Shown here in pieces: positions 19,919 to 30,095 of a stretch of 32,000 nucleotides of DNA (position 1 is its first letter; every line of letters starts with the position of its first letter). A program made the translations under genes and the position numbers. Source of the DNA: Prochlorococcus marinus str. NATL2A (GTDB lineage: Bacteria > Cyanobacteriota > Cyanobacteriia > PCC-6307 > Cyanobiaceae); contig NC_007335.2 of the NCBI RefSeq assembly GCF_000012465.1, forward strand, positions 240,001 through 272,000. Reading direction: 5' to 3'. The notes below the pieces were generated by a model. The model did not search any database and was not told where the DNA came from. It worked only from the letters and a program-made list of their open reading frames with translations.

Positions 19919-20581
19919 TCAAATATCTGATACTTTTAGCTTTCTTTGGCTTTCTAAATAATCAAAAACGCTTTTATCTCCTATATCAGCTTCTGCTGGA
20001 AGGTTGAATTTCCTTATTCCCATTGATAGCAATAGCAATGACGACACAACTAGTGTTGCAAAAGTAAAACTTTCATTGGCTAATTCAGTTAAATATCCAA
20101 TTAAAGCTATTGGAATAAAAATCGTTATCCCTATTGCTTCAATTCTTCTGAAACAAAAAAACTCTTTGAAACCGATCCCAGTTAAAGAAGCAAAAAGTGG
20201 ACCGACAAGTAATATCGATTTTGGATTTTCTCTGAGACCATATATTAAATTTGTTACTCCAAAATGATATAAAAGTATCAACAATCCAATACAACCAAGT
20301 ACCCAGAAAATTGTTAGTGTTTGATGTAAAGGTCTTAAATATATATGTATCCACTTAAGACTTAAACCTATACTTATTGCCATGCATAATAGCCAAATCC
20401 ATATTTGATTAGATCCATTGAAAAACCATTGAGCTATTCCTATTGAAAAGAATAATCCGCAGAAAAGAATTGACAATCGGTAAAATAAAACTTCTTTTTT
20501 ATCATTAGAAGTAACTATGAAGTCTCCATAGACTCCTTTAATAGGATTTGAGGATGTAAAGTAAGAATTTTCTTCTTTCAT
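19919..20581 (-). CDS. Conserved integral membrane protein (about 6 TM; possibly DUF2301-like)
   Basis: 220 aa with an ATG start and six clear hydrophobic segments. The family assignment is from memory only. Confidence 0.6.
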   Translation of the reverse strand: MKEENSYFTSSNPIKGVYGDFIVTSNDKKEVLFYRLSILFCGLFFSIGIAQWFFNGSNQIWIWLLCMAISIGLSLKWIHIYLRPLHQTLTIFWVLGCIGLLILLYHFGVTNLIYGLRENPKSILLVGPLFASLTGIGFKEFFCFRRIEAIGITIFIPIALIGYLTELANESFTFATLVVSSLLLLSMGIRKFNLPAEADIGDKSVFDYLESQRKLKVSDI

Positions 20582-20590
20582 AGTTGATAA

Positions 20591-21565
20591 TTAATTGTTG
20601 ATAGTTGTTGTAATATCATCTCCTTTAGGAATAATACTACTTGGATTTAAAGGAAATAAAGCTCCAAAATAATCTTTTCTCCAAGCATCAACATCACATG
20701 TTTTTTTAATATTGTACATATTGAAAATCTTTTTTCTCCATTTAATTATATGTGGGAAAGATTCAATTGGTTTATTACTACATTTAAATAGTGGGTAATA
20801 GATTGCTTCCCATCTAATAAGAGTAGGGAAAAGTCTTATATCAGCAATTGAAAGATTCTTTCCACAAAGCCAAGGACCATTTGATTTAAGATGTTCTTCT
20901 ATAATATTTAGAGCTGAGAACAAGTTGTTAGAAGCTTTTTCATAAGCTTTTTGATTTCTAGCAAATCCACATTTATAAACTCCATTATTAACATTTTCTT
21001 GAATTAAATTCTGCCAGTTAATTATTTCTTTTTTATATTTGCTTGGGTTAAGGTCTATTTCTTGATCGTATATAGGCCAGTTATTTAATATTTCGACAAG
21101 CTCAGCACTTTCATTGTTTATAAGTCTTAATTTTGATTCCGGTTCCTTACCAGGATCGAAAAGCATTGGTACTGTTGCTCTCCTTGATTGATAATTTCCG
21201 CATTTTTGATAAAGCTCTTGAAGGGTTTTGCACCCTTTTATTGGTGGATCTAATCTCCATCTTCCTCCCTCTTCGTCTACTTGAGCAATGTGAAGATTGA
21301 TCGATTTCTTTAATCCTTTTATCTCGTGAATTATCCATGCTCTATGCGCCCAAGGACAACTTCTTCCAATAATTAAACCTGGCATTTGATTTGACGCTCT
21401 ATTCTTTAAATCCTCCTTGGTCGGGATTTGAATTTGTTGTTGAATATTTATTGGCCTCTTGTAGTTTCCATTGGAATCTGATGGCGCAAGACCATTCATT
21501 AATATTTTCCATTCAAAACTCCATATGTCTCTCGCAGCTTTTACAAATATTGGTGGTATAGCCAT
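20591..21565 (-). CDS. Xi-class glutathione S-transferase / glutathionyl-hydroquinone reductase (ECM4/YqjG-like)
   Basis: 324 aa with an ATG start. The catalytic CPWAHR motif is present (GRSCPWAHRAWI), followed by a GST C-terminal helical region. Confidence 0.8.
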   Translation of the reverse strand: MAIPPIFVKAARDIWSFEWKILMNGLAPSDSNGNYKRPINIQQQIQIPTKEDLKNRASNQMPGLIIGRSCPWAHRAWIIHEIKGLKKSINLHIAQVDEEGGRWRLDPPIKGCKTLQELYQKCGNYQSRRATVPMLFDPGKEPESKLRLINNESAELVEILNNWPIYDQEIDLNPSKYKKEIINWQNLIQENVNNGVYKCGFARNQKAYEKASNNLFSALNIIEEHLKSNGPWLCGKNLSIADIRLFPTLIRWEAIYYPLFKCSNKPIESFPHIIKWRKKIFNMYNIKKTCDVDAWRKDYFGALFPLNPSSIIPKGDDITTTINN

Positions 21566-21608
21566 GAATTTCTTTTAAGATTATTTTTATCTATGGGTTT
21601 ATTGCTTA

Positions 21609-22526
21609 ATGAAGCAGCTACAAGTACTGCTAGTGGCTGGTACGCATGGTAATGAAATAAATGGCATTTGGCTTTTTGATGAATGGAAAAAATCATCGTT
21701 TTTAATAAATACTCACGGGATTAAAACCTTTAAGGTAATTGGAAACCCTGAGGCTAAAAAGGCTGGGAAAAGATATATTCATCATGATTTGAATCGTAGT
21801 TTCAAAGAAGAATCATTCATCAAAATCAACCCTTTAAATTGTGAGAGAACTAGAGCAAGTGAGTTAGTAAATCTTTACGGTGAAGCTGGAGAAAACCCTT
21901 GTCAAATAGCATTAGATTTTCATACAACTACTGCCTCCATGGGGAGTTGCATAGTTGTTTATGGGAGAAGAGATGCAGATTTGGCTTTGGCTTCTTTGAT
22001 TCAAAATCAATTAGGTTTACCGGTATATCTCCACGAATCTGATCAAAAGCAAACAGGTTTTTTAGTTGAATCTTGGCCTTGTGGACTTGTCGTAGAAATT
22101 GGCCCCATTGGACAAGGCCTATTGAATTCGAGAATTATTTCGCAAACAAAATTGATTCTCGAGACTTTGATGGAACAAATTCATGAGGTTAAGAACTTAA
22201 ATCTATTTTTTCCTAATAAGTTAATAATTCACAGACATATTAAAAGTATCGATTTCCCAAGAGATGAAGAGGGCAATATTGATGGATATGTGCATTCTTT
22301 AAGGCAATCAAAGGATTGGCAAGAATTAAAGAAAAATGATGAATTGTTTTGTAAGTTGAATGGTGAAATAATTAGGTTTGAGGAAGATGAACCCTATATT
22401 CCTGTATTTATAAATGAAGCAGCGTATGTGGAAAAAAATATCGCTATGAGTTTTACCAAAAGAGAATTATGGAATTTCAAAAAAGAATGGAAACAAGCAC
22501 TTATTGATCTAATACATCAGAAGTGA
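21609..22526 (+). CDS. Aspartoacylase / succinylglutamate desuccinylase (AstE-AspA) family zinc hydrolase
   Basis: 305 aa with an ATG start. The N-terminus LLVAGTHGNEINGIWL carries the HxxE zinc motif, and a DFHTTT second zinc-ligand region is present. Confidence 0.8.
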   Translation: MKQLQVLLVAGTHGNEINGIWLFDEWKKSSFLINTHGIKTFKVIGNPEAKKAGKRYIHHDLNRSFKEESFIKINPLNCERTRASELVNLYGEAGENPCQIALDFHTTTASMGSCIVVYGRRDADLALASLIQNQLGLPVYLHESDQKQTGFLVESWPCGLVVEIGPIGQGLLNSRIISQTKLILETLMEQIHEVKNLNLFFPNKLIIHRHIKSIDFPRDEEGNIDGYVHSLRQSKDWQELKKNDELFCKLNGEIIRFEEDEPYIPVFINEAAYVEKNIAMSFTKRELWNFKKEWKQALIDLIHQK

Positions 22527-22848
22527 GTTCTCTCGCTCCAATAAATAATTGCCCCTTGAGCTTCCAATTCATATTTTCTGTGACGAGCATCACTTAGAGG
22601 AACTCTTTCTTCAAGCCTATGCCCATTAATTAGCCACTTGATTAGAACCAATTCGCGACCTCAAAGCCAAATATGAAGAGAATCTTAAGACTCTCTTGGC
22701 GCGTAAAGAGCTCAAACTACTGATTCTCTTCATAAATTGTCCTACATTTTACTCACAGAAGGGTGCATTCTCCTTTATTATCACGTCTGGCAGTCTAATT
22801 AGCTGCTCTTATTTATTCGTCCCTTTAGGGACTTACACATTCGTCCTC

Positions 22849-23931
22849 ATGACCACCATTCAGCAGCAGCGTTCTTCGTTGCTCAAAGGTTGGCCACAAT
22901 TCTGCGAGTGGGTTACTTCCACCAACAACCGTATCTATGTCGGTTGGTTCGGTGTTTTGATGATCCCTTGCCTTCTTGCGGCAACAACTTGTTTCATCGT
23001 TGCATTTATCGCTGCTCCTCCAGTTGATATCGACGGTATCCGTGAGCCAGTAGCTGGTTCATTCATGTATGGAAACAACATCATTTCTGGTGCTGTTGTT
23101 CCTTCAAGTAACGCTATCGGCCTTCACTTCTACCCAATCTGGGAAGCAGCAACTCTTGATGAGTGGCTATATAACGGTGGCCCTTACCAGCTTGTAATCT
23201 TCCACTTCCTTATCGGTATCTCTGCATACATGGGACGTCAGTGGGAGCTTTCATACCGTTTAGGTATGCGCCCATGGATCTGTGTTGCTTACTCAGCTCC
23301 TGTATCAGCAGCTTTCGCTGTATTCCTTGTTTACCCATTCGGTCAGGGTTCATTCTCTGATGGTATGCCTCTAGGAATTTCTGGAACATTCAACTTCATG
23401 TTCGTTTTCCAGGCTGAGCACAACATCTTGATGCACCCATTCCATATGGCTGGTGTAGCAGGTATGTTCGGTGGTGCTTTGTTCTCTGCAATGCATGGTT
23501 CTTTGGTTACTTCATCACTTATCCGTGAGACCACAGGACTTGATTCACAGAACTACGGTTACAAGTTTGGACAAGAAGAAGAGACATACAACATCGTTGC
23601 AGCTCATGGCTACTTCGGTCGTTTGATCTTCCAATATGCAAGCTTCAACAACAGCCGTAGCCTTCACTTCTTCTTGGCTTCATGGCCAGTGATTTGTGTT
23701 TGGTTGACATCTATGGGCATCTGCACCATGGCGTTCAACTTGAACGGTTTCAACTTCAACCAGTCTGTAGTTGATACTTCAGGCAAGGTTGTACCAACCT
23801 GGGGTGACGTACTTAACCGTGCAAACCTTGGTATGGAAGTAATGCACGAGCGTAATGCTCACAACTTCCCACTTGACCTAGCAGCTGCTGAGTCTACTTC
23901 TGTAGCTCTTGTTGCACCTGCAATCGGTTAA
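22849..23931 (+). CDS. psbA: Photosystem II reaction-centre protein D1
   Basis: The true start is the ATG at 22849 ([36 protein letters not shown]), giving 360 aa. The sequence is canonical D1 throughout. Codon bias is strong (TTC/ATC/AAC/CGT/GGT). The 51-codon upstream extension in the ORF track is not D1-like. Confidence 0.98.
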   Translation: MTTIQQQRSSLLKGWPQFCEWVTSTNNRIYVGWFGVLMIPCLLAATTCFIVAFIAAPPVDIDGIREPVAGSFMYGNNIISGAVVPSSNAIGLHFYPIWEAATLDEWLYNGGPYQLVIFHFLIGISAYMGRQWELSYRLGMRPWICVAYSAPVSAAFAVFLVYPFGQGSFSDGMPLGISGTFNFMFVFQAEHNILMHPFHMAGVAGMFGGALFSAMHGSLVTSSLIRETTGLDSQNYGYKFGQEEETYNIVAAHGYFGRLIFQYASFNNSRSLHFFLASWPVICVWLTSMGICTMAFNLNGFNFNQSVVDTSGKVVPTWGDVLNRANLGMEVMHERNAHNFPLDLAAAESTSVALVAPAIG

Positions 23932-23952
23932 GTCTTTAACTTGATTTTCTTA

Positions 23953-23980
23953 AAGCCCTCTTTTTGAGGGCTTTTTTTTT
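23953..23980 (+). terminator. psbA intrinsic terminator
   Basis: AAGCCCTC-TTTTT-GAGGGCTT forms an 8-bp stem followed by a T-run, 22 nt after the psbA stop. Confidence 0.88.
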
Positions 23981-24061
23981 GACCTTTTTTTGTTCTATGC
24001 ATTACTTGAGTGGTTTATTTTTTAGCAAGTATTGATTAACATTTTGTAGATAGGTTTATTT

Positions 24062-25147
24062 ATGGGAAGTAGTTTCGGAAAACTTTTTACTATCAGCTCC
24101 TTTGGCGAATCTCACGGAGGTGGTGTTGGTGTAATTATTGATGGATGTCCTCCAAGGTTGGAGCTCGACATTAACGAGATACAAAATGATCTCAATCGAA
24201 GGAGGCCAGGACAAAGCAAAATAACTACTCCAAGAAACGAAAGTGATGAAGTTGAAATTCTTAGTGGTCTTTTAGGTAATAAAACCTTAGGAACACCAAT
24301 TGCCATGGTTGTAAGAAATAAAGATCATCGGCCTAAGGATTATTCTGAAATTAAAAAAACTTTTAGGCCATCTCATGCTGATGCTACATATCAGAAAAAA
24401 TACGGAATTCAGGCTTCAAGTGGCGGAGGGCGTGCATCAGCAAGAGAAACAATAGGTAGAGTTGCCGCGGGTTCTGTTGCAAAGCAACTTCTAAATAAGT
24501 CTGCTAAAACGGAAATACTCGCTTGGGTAAAGAGAATTCATGATATTGAGGCTGAGATTCATCCGAGTGAAGTTACTTTTGATGAGATTGAGAAAAATAT
24601 TGTTCGATGTCCAAATCAGTCAGCTGCAGATTTAATGATTCAGAGAGTGGAGGCTTTTGGTAAAGAAGGAGACTCATGTGGTGGAGTAATAGAATGTGTT
24701 GTTCGGAATCCGCCAATAGGGATTGGTATGCCTGTTTTTGATAAGTTAGAAGCTGATTTAGCAAAGGCATTAATGTCTTTGCCTGCCACTAAAGGTTTTG
24801 AGGTGGGATCTGGTTTCGGAGGTACTTATTTGAAAGGCAGCGAACATAATGATCCTTTTTTGCCATCCGATTCCAATCAATTGAAAACTGCCACTAACAA
24901 TTCAGGCGGAATTCAAGGAGGTATCAGTAATGGTGAGGATATAGTCCTGAGAGTAGGTTTTAAACCAACAGCAACTATTAGGAAAAGTCAAAAGACAATT
25001 GATGAGGATGGTAATGCAATAACTCTCAAGGCGACAGGAAGACATGATCCTTGTGTTTTGCCGAGGGCAGTTCCAATGGTTGAAGCAATGGTTGCGCTAG
25101 TTTTAGCTGATCATTTACTAAGGCAAAGAGGCCAATGTCCTGACTAA
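24062..25147 (+). CDS. aroC: Chorismate synthase
   Basis: 361 aa with an ATG start. Signatures present: [28 protein letters not shown] and GRHDPCV. Confidence 0.96.
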   Translation: MGSSFGKLFTISSFGESHGGGVGVIIDGCPPRLELDINEIQNDLNRRRPGQSKITTPRNESDEVEILSGLLGNKTLGTPIAMVVRNKDHRPKDYSEIKKTFRPSHADATYQKKYGIQASSGGGRASARETIGRVAAGSVAKQLLNKSAKTEILAWVKRIHDIEAEIHPSEVTFDEIEKNIVRCPNQSAADLMIQRVEAFGKEGDSCGGVIECVVRNPPIGIGMPVFDKLEADLAKALMSLPATKGFEVGSGFGGTYLKGSEHNDPFLPSDSNQLKTATNNSGGIQGGISNGEDIVLRVGFKPTATIRKSQKTIDEDGNAITLKATGRHDPCVLPRAVPMVEAMVALVLADHLLRQRGQCPD

Positions 25148-25218
25148 TTCTCAAATAAATGATTATTTAAGATACAATGCTAGCCAAGGAATATATTGTT
25201 GATTTTTAGAATAGATTA

Positions 25219-25854
25219 TCAGTAATCCTTTAGCCATATCTCTAGATCTTTATCAGGTGTTTGATTTCGCAATTCTCTTCCTATCACCAAAGCATCATAT
25301 CCACTTTGTAGGAATTTTTTTAAATGCTTACTTTTAATTCCACCTGCACCAATAAAAAAAATATCCTTTTTTTTAAAGTCTTTTAATTCATTTATAAAGT
25401 TAATTCCTAATTTTGATGCTGGAAATATTTTTACAATTTTATATCCTAGATCGATTGCCTCTTTGAAATTTTCAATATTTGATATCCCTGGAATAACTAA
25501 TTGATTGTATTCAATGGCTTGTATATGAATTTCTTTATTAAAGAATTGACTCATCGAATAATTAACATCTAATGAGAGAAGTGATTCTAAAGATTGCCTT
25601 GAAGAAATTGATGCAACACCAATATTAATTGATTTGAATCTTTTTTTTATTTCTAATATTAAATTTACCCATTCTGGATTGGAATCCCACCCTATTTCAA
25701 TATTTTTTATACCGAAATTAGACAATTTCTCAATTTTAGAAAGTAAATTTTCCTTTTTTTTTGAGAGATTAAAAAAATTATGTTCAAGTCTAATTACAAC
25801 TATAAGCGGCTGTATCCTAAGAGTTTTTTTTAAATAGTTTTGCTTAGCTTCCAA
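25219..25854 (-). CDS. eda: KDPG/KHG (Eda-type) aldolase family protein
   Basis: 211 aa with a TTG start. It has a TIM-barrel aldolase pattern: PLIVVIRLE, IEIGW and VKIFPA (Schiff-base Lys context), plus a GAGGI phosphate-binding end. The sequence is divergent, so the substrate is uncertain. Confidence 0.65.
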   Translation of the reverse strand: MEAKQNYLKKTLRIQPLIVVIRLEHNFFNLSKKKENLLSKIEKLSNFGIKNIEIGWDSNPEWVNLILEIKKRFKSINIGVASISSRQSLESLLSLDVNYSMSQFFNKEIHIQAIEYNQLVIPGISNIENFKEAIDLGYKIVKIFPASKLGINFINELKDFKKKDIFFIGAGGIKSKHLKKFLQSGYDALVIGRELRNQTPDKDLEIWLKDY

Positions 25855-25870
25855 GAATTATATTTTTCAA

Positions 25871-27718
25871 CTAAGCATATTCAGCAACTTTAACTTCATG
25901 GCGAATTAACAAATCCTGGAACTCTAGAGAATCAACTGTCTCAGTTTCCATAAGCATTGCTGTTAACTCCTCAAGTACTTGACGATTGTCGTTTAAAGCC
26001 TTTTTAGCTCTTTCGTATGCAATCTCAACAAGAACTGAAACTTCTGAATCAATTGTTGCTGCTGTATCTTCAGAAAAATCTCTTTCTGCAGAGATGTCTC
26101 TACCAAGGAACATCCCACCCTGCGAACGTCCTAAAGCTACTGGTCCCAACTTGTCACTCATACCAAATTTGGTAATCATTTGCCGTGCAACTGAAGCTAC
26201 TTGCTTTAGATCATTTGATGCTCCTGTGGTTACTTCGTCTTCTCCATAAATGATTTCCTCTGCAACTCTTCCTCCAAGAGCAACAGCCATTTGATTTTGT
26301 AGGTAAGACCTTGAATAAAGTCCAGATTCCATTCTTTCTTCACTTGGCGTGAAAAAAGTTAATCCTCCAGCTCCACCTCTTGGAATGATTGAGATCTTTT
26401 GCACAGGGTCATAATCAGGCATCACAGCACCAACTACTGCATGGCCAGCTTCATGATAAGCAACTAATTTTTTACGTTTTTCACTAATCACTGAGTCTTT
26501 CTTCTCAGGACCTACCATTATTCTCTCGATTGCATCACTGACCTCATCGTTACTGACTTCTGTTAATTCTCTTCTGGCAGCCAATATGGCAGCTTCATTT
26601 AATAGATTTGCTAAATCTGCCCCAGTAAATCCAGGGGTCCTTCTCGCTACTTGATCAAGGTCAACTGCCTTTGAAAGTGTTTTACTTTTTGCATGAACAT
26701 TCAGTATTTGCAATCTCCCTGAGTAATCAGGTCTGTCAACAGTTACTTGCCTGTCAAATCTTCCTGGTCTCATGAGTGCTGAGTCGAGCACATCAGGTCT
26801 ATTTGTAGCTGCAACAATAATTATTCCTGAGTTTCCCTCAAATCCATCCATTTCAGTTAGCAGTTGATTTAGCGTTTGCTCTCTTTCATCATTACCTCCT
26901 CCAAGTCCTGCGCCACGCTGACGACCAACAGCATCTATTTCATCAATAAAAACTATACAAGGAGCATTCTTTTTAGCTTGTTCAAAAAGGTCTCTGACTC
27001 TGCTCGCACCAACGCCAACAAACATCTCTACAAACTCAGATCCAGATATGGAAAAGAATGGAACTGAAGCTTCACCTGCAACTGCCTTTGCAAGCAAAGT
27101 TTTACCTGTCCCTGGAGGTCCAACCAATAAAACACCTTTAGGAATTTTTGCTCCTACAGCTGTGAAGCGATCAGGATTTTTTAAGAAATCAACTACTTCA
27201 GTAAGTTCAAGCTTTGCACCTTCAATTCCAGCAACATCTCCAAAAGTAACTTTTGTTTCAGGCTCCATTTGAAGTCTTGCTTTACTCTTCCCAAAATTCA
27301 TTGCTGGGTTTCCACCACCACCAGAACCTGCTCTTCTAAATAGAAAAAATAGACCTCCTAATAAAAGAATTGGAAAAATTAAGCTAGTAGCAGCTTGCTG
27401 TAAAGGATTCGCTTGAGTAGTTGGTTGTACGGCAATATCGACGTCATTATCAGTAAGTAATTGGAGTAATTGTTGATCAGGAGCCAAATTGACTAAAGCC
27501 CTGTTCCCATCACTTTCAACAATTTGAGCAGTTCCTTTATCTGGAGAAATAAGAACCCTGCTTATTTGCTTCTCTTGAACAGCTTCTATGAAGTCACTGT
27601 ATCTGAGTGTTCTAGATGACTTTGTCGGGCTTGGCTTATCGAAAAAAGCACTTCCAACAAAAATCACAACTACAACAATTAGGACATAAAGACCAATGTT
27701 TCTCCAGCGTTTGTTCAA
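25871..27718 (-). CDS. ftsH: ATP-dependent zinc metalloprotease FtsH
   Basis: 615 aa with a TTG start (MNKRWRN). It has two N-terminal TM helices, Walker A GPPGTGKT, Walker B IVFIDEID, an SRH region, and the HEAGHA zinc motif. Confidence 0.96.
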   Translation of the reverse strand: MNKRWRNIGLYVLIVVVVIFVGSAFFDKPSPTKSSRTLRYSDFIEAVQEKQISRVLISPDKGTAQIVESDGNRALVNLAPDQQLLQLLTDNDVDIAVQPTTQANPLQQAATSLIFPILLLGGLFFLFRRAGSGGGGNPAMNFGKSKARLQMEPETKVTFGDVAGIEGAKLELTEVVDFLKNPDRFTAVGAKIPKGVLLVGPPGTGKTLLAKAVAGEASVPFFSISGSEFVEMFVGVGASRVRDLFEQAKKNAPCIVFIDEIDAVGRQRGAGLGGGNDEREQTLNQLLTEMDGFEGNSGIIIVAATNRPDVLDSALMRPGRFDRQVTVDRPDYSGRLQILNVHAKSKTLSKAVDLDQVARRTPGFTGADLANLLNEAAILAARRELTEVSNDEVSDAIERIMVGPEKKDSVISEKRKKLVAYHEAGHAVVGAVMPDYDPVQKISIIPRGGAGGLTFFTPSEERMESGLYSRSYLQNQMAVALGGRVAEEIIYGEDEVTTGASNDLKQVASVARQMITKFGMSDKLGPVALGRSQGGMFLGRDISAERDFSEDTAATIDSEVSVLVEIAYERAKKALNDNRQVLEELTAMLMETETVDSLEFQDLLIRHEVKVAEYA

Positions 27719-27761
27719 TGTTCTTTTATATCTACAAAGAGTTTAATAGGAATAGGTCCAA

Positions 27762-28934
27762 CTATGCGGCTCTTAGTACATCAACGACGCTTTTAAATGC
27801 AAACCATTCAGGAATTTCTTCTCCACTTCTGAGCATTTTTCTGAATTGAGTGCCACTCAATTTTTTTATGTGTAATCCTTTTTCTTTAGCATAATCGGCG
27901 GTTACATAGCCTTCCTCCTCTGTAAATACAAGATTTAGAGATGGAACTGTTTGCATTTCTAATTCTTGGCAGCACTCGTTTGCAAAATTTTGAGCATCAT
28001 ATGGACCATAAAAATCTTCACCATCTAGAGAGGACTTACAGCCGGCCATATCTCTTCCGATAATAAAATGAGTACATCCATAATTCCTTCTGATAATCAT
28101 GTGCTGCAAAGCCTCTCTTGGCCCAGCCATATGCATCGAATAAGGAAGGTATGACCACCTAATTTTTGGATTATTGACTTCAGAGGCAAGTTTTTCATAG
28201 GTTTGAAATCTTACTGATCCAGGGATGTCATCTTCTTGAGTTGGTCCACAAGTTGGGTGAACAAGAACAACTCCATTTTTACTGACATTATTGGCTTCTA
28301 AGGCTCTTGTAAAAAGCTCATAATGGGCTCTATGAATTGGATTTCTGCACTGGAATGCGACTACATCTTCTCCAGAAGGAAGGTTCTCTCTTACTTGAGC
28401 AGGAGTTTGGCAAGTAAAAACTCTTTTAGGTAATTCTAAACCTTTTATTGAGCCTCCTAAATAATATTTTTTCCTCTCCATAGATATCATTCTTACTGCA
28501 GGATGCTCCAAAGAAGTTGTTCCATAGCAAAATTTGGCTTCAATAACTTTGTCAGGAGTCCATTTTTCTTGTATTTCTAAAATTGCTAGTTCTTGATCTT
28601 TGTAATTGAGTAGAACTGAATCTCCTGGATTTATATCTTCTCTATCTGTATCCATCACAATCGGCAAACCAAAAAGCAAACCTGATTCAAGTCGATTTTG
28701 TTTAACGACTGAGTTGTAATTTTTCTCATTCATGAACCCATTTAAAGGAGAAAAAGCACCTATCAAAAGAAGTTCAATATCACAAGCATTTCTATCAGAA
28801 CAATTTAAAGTTTTAAAAGAATTTTTTTTTAACTCTTTTGCTTCTTGATCAGAAGCCATTAGGTTTATAAGTTCTCCACCATAAGGTTTGATTAAACCTG
28901 CGAGATTTTTATTAGAACTTTGCTTGCTAGTCAT
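27762..28934 (-). CDS. sat: Sulfate adenylyltransferase (ATP sulfurylase)
   Basis: The QCRNPIHRAHYEL and IIGRDMAG motifs are present. I place the start at ATG 28934 (MTSKQSS..., 390 aa), because the longer ORF to 29012 abuts the psbO terminator and adds a non-conserved-looking N-terminus. Confidence 0.92.
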   Translation of the reverse strand: MTSKQSSNKNLAGLIKPYGGELINLMASDQEAKELKKNSFKTLNCSDRNACDIELLLIGAFSPLNGFMNEKNYNSVVKQNRLESGLLFGLPIVMDTDREDINPGDSVLLNYKDQELAILEIQEKWTPDKVIEAKFCYGTTSLEHPAVRMISMERKKYYLGGSIKGLELPKRVFTCQTPAQVRENLPSGEDVVAFQCRNPIHRAHYELFTRALEANNVSKNGVVLVHPTCGPTQEDDIPGSVRFQTYEKLASEVNNPKIRWSYLPYSMHMAGPREALQHMIIRRNYGCTHFIIGRDMAGCKSSLDGEDFYGPYDAQNFANECCQELEMQTVPSLNLVFTEEEGYVTADYAKEKGLHIKKLSGTQFRKMLRSGEEIPEWFAFKSVVDVLRAA

Positions 28935-29010
28935 TTTCTCTTTAAGTAACCGGGAAATTCTCCCAGATAGGGGGCCCATATTTAAGAAATTGTTTTCATT
29001 AAATTCAACC

Positions 29011-29042
29011 AAAAAAAAAAGAGGGTTTTAACCCTCTTTTTT
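29011..29042 (-). terminator. psbO intrinsic terminator (usable in both directions)
   Basis: On the plus strand this reads A10-GAGGG-TTTTAA-CCCTC-T6. On the minus strand the stem is followed by T10, about 20 nt after the psbO stop. Confidence 0.88.
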
Positions 29043-29063
29043 ATTGATTAAGATGATTATTTT

Positions 29064-29867
29064 TTAGGCTTTGCGACCATAGAAGATACCTTTGATTTTG
29101 ATATCAACAGGATCTTTTGATCCAAGGTCATTGTCTGAAGGTTGGATAGCAACAAATTGGCCACCAAATTCATTAGTGTCTGCATCAACACTATCGACAG
29201 TAAGTGTTATTTCACCTTTACCGCCAAGATCATCTTTAACATTTTCTCTGGCAAGATCCTCATCATCACCACCACGAGCAATGAGAGCTTGAGCATATTC
29301 AACACCGGTTGATTTAGCGCGACTCTTTGGATCAAGAAAGTCTGCAGATCTATAGCTTGGAGTTGTTGTTGGACCTGAAAATTCAGCTCCTGGCTCAATT
29401 GATTTTCCTTTTTTGGATTCAGCAACCATCTCTTTAACAGAGAATGCAAAAGGAAATTCCTCTCCATTTGGAGCTAGAACTGTAATTAGAGAGAAGTCAA
29501 TACCACCTTTTTCAGTGAATTTCCCTCCGGAAAGATCTCCATAAACTTCATCAAGACTTGTATTGAAGCGAGGACTGATGATTTTTGCAATTGCAAAATC
29601 AGATTTATTTCGCTTGTTACCTGGAAGTTTTACTGAAACTTCTGTTGGCTGAAGGCATAAGCTTTTAAATTGACCATCAGCATTAATAGAACCCGATGAA
29701 CCCGCTGGTAAAACAGTGCAAGCATCAGCTTGGCCAGTATTAACAACATTGCCAAAACGAGCATTACCTTGCTCGCGCCCTTTTAAAGCTGCAGATGCGC
29801 TTGATGGGAGAGTTGTAAAGGTGAGACAAAAAGCCAGCATCAAAGCCAGCAGAGGACGAAATCGCAT
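29064..29867 (-). CDS. psbO: Photosystem II manganese-stabilising protein PsbO (precursor with signal peptide)
   Basis: 267 aa with an ATG start. The signal peptide is MRFRPLLALMLAFCLTFTTLPSSASA. The mature part is MSP-like (C...C pair; GGIDFSLITVLAPNGEEFPFAFSVK). Confidence 0.93.
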   Translation of the reverse strand: MRFRPLLALMLAFCLTFTTLPSSASAALKGREQGNARFGNVVNTGQADACTVLPAGSSGSINADGQFKSLCLQPTEVSVKLPGNKRNKSDFAIAKIISPRFNTSLDEVYGDLSGGKFTEKGGIDFSLITVLAPNGEEFPFAFSVKEMVAESKKGKSIEPGAEFSGPTTTPSYRSADFLDPKSRAKSTGVEYAQALIARGGDDEDLARENVKDDLGGKGEITLTVDSVDADTNEFGGQFVAIQPSDNDLGSKDPVDIKIKGIFYGRKA

Positions 29868-30095
29868 GAGAGGGCTAGATGACTGCGGTCGAAACCGCCC
29901 AATTAATTCAGTTGGGATATTACAGGTCTCAAATACTTCTTTTCACAAGCATCTGACAGCTCTATACAACCCGTAGCTTTTGCTTTGATGGATTTAACAC
30001 ATCGATTTCATTCAAAACCCTTTTACAGCAGTCTTTTTTGGCGTTTAGACTCTGATTTTAGAAAAAAACAAATTCGAAAAATATCAATAAATTTT

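Noticed and set aside
22696-22848. 51-codon N-terminal extension of the psbA ORF in the six-frame track ([21 protein letters not shown]...).
   Set aside because: D1 proteins begin at MTTIQQQR (ATG 22849). The extension starts at a non-ATG codon, is not D1-like, and lies in what must be the psbA promoter/5' UTR.
28935-29012. 26-codon upstream extension of the sat ORF (MVEFNENNFLNMGPLSGRISRLLKEK).
   Set aside because: It runs right up to the psbO terminator (29011-29042), which leaves no room for a promoter. An internal ATG at 28934 gives a normal-length (390 aa) ATP sulfurylase.
29885-29898. GCGGT-CGAA-ACCGC hairpin (a UUCG loop on the minus strand) 18 nt upstream of the psbO start codon.
   Set aside because: It has only 5 bp and could arise by chance. 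I note it as possible 5' UTR structure but it is not supportable as a regulatory element without conservation data.
29716-29976. 86-aa plus-strand ORF spanning the psbO start and its upstream region, and a 25-codon ATG ORF at 29890-29967.
   Set aside because: The first is antisense read-through of the psbO signal-peptide region into the psbO 5' leader. Both are Arg/Ser-rich or short, and neither has a terminator or other supporting features.
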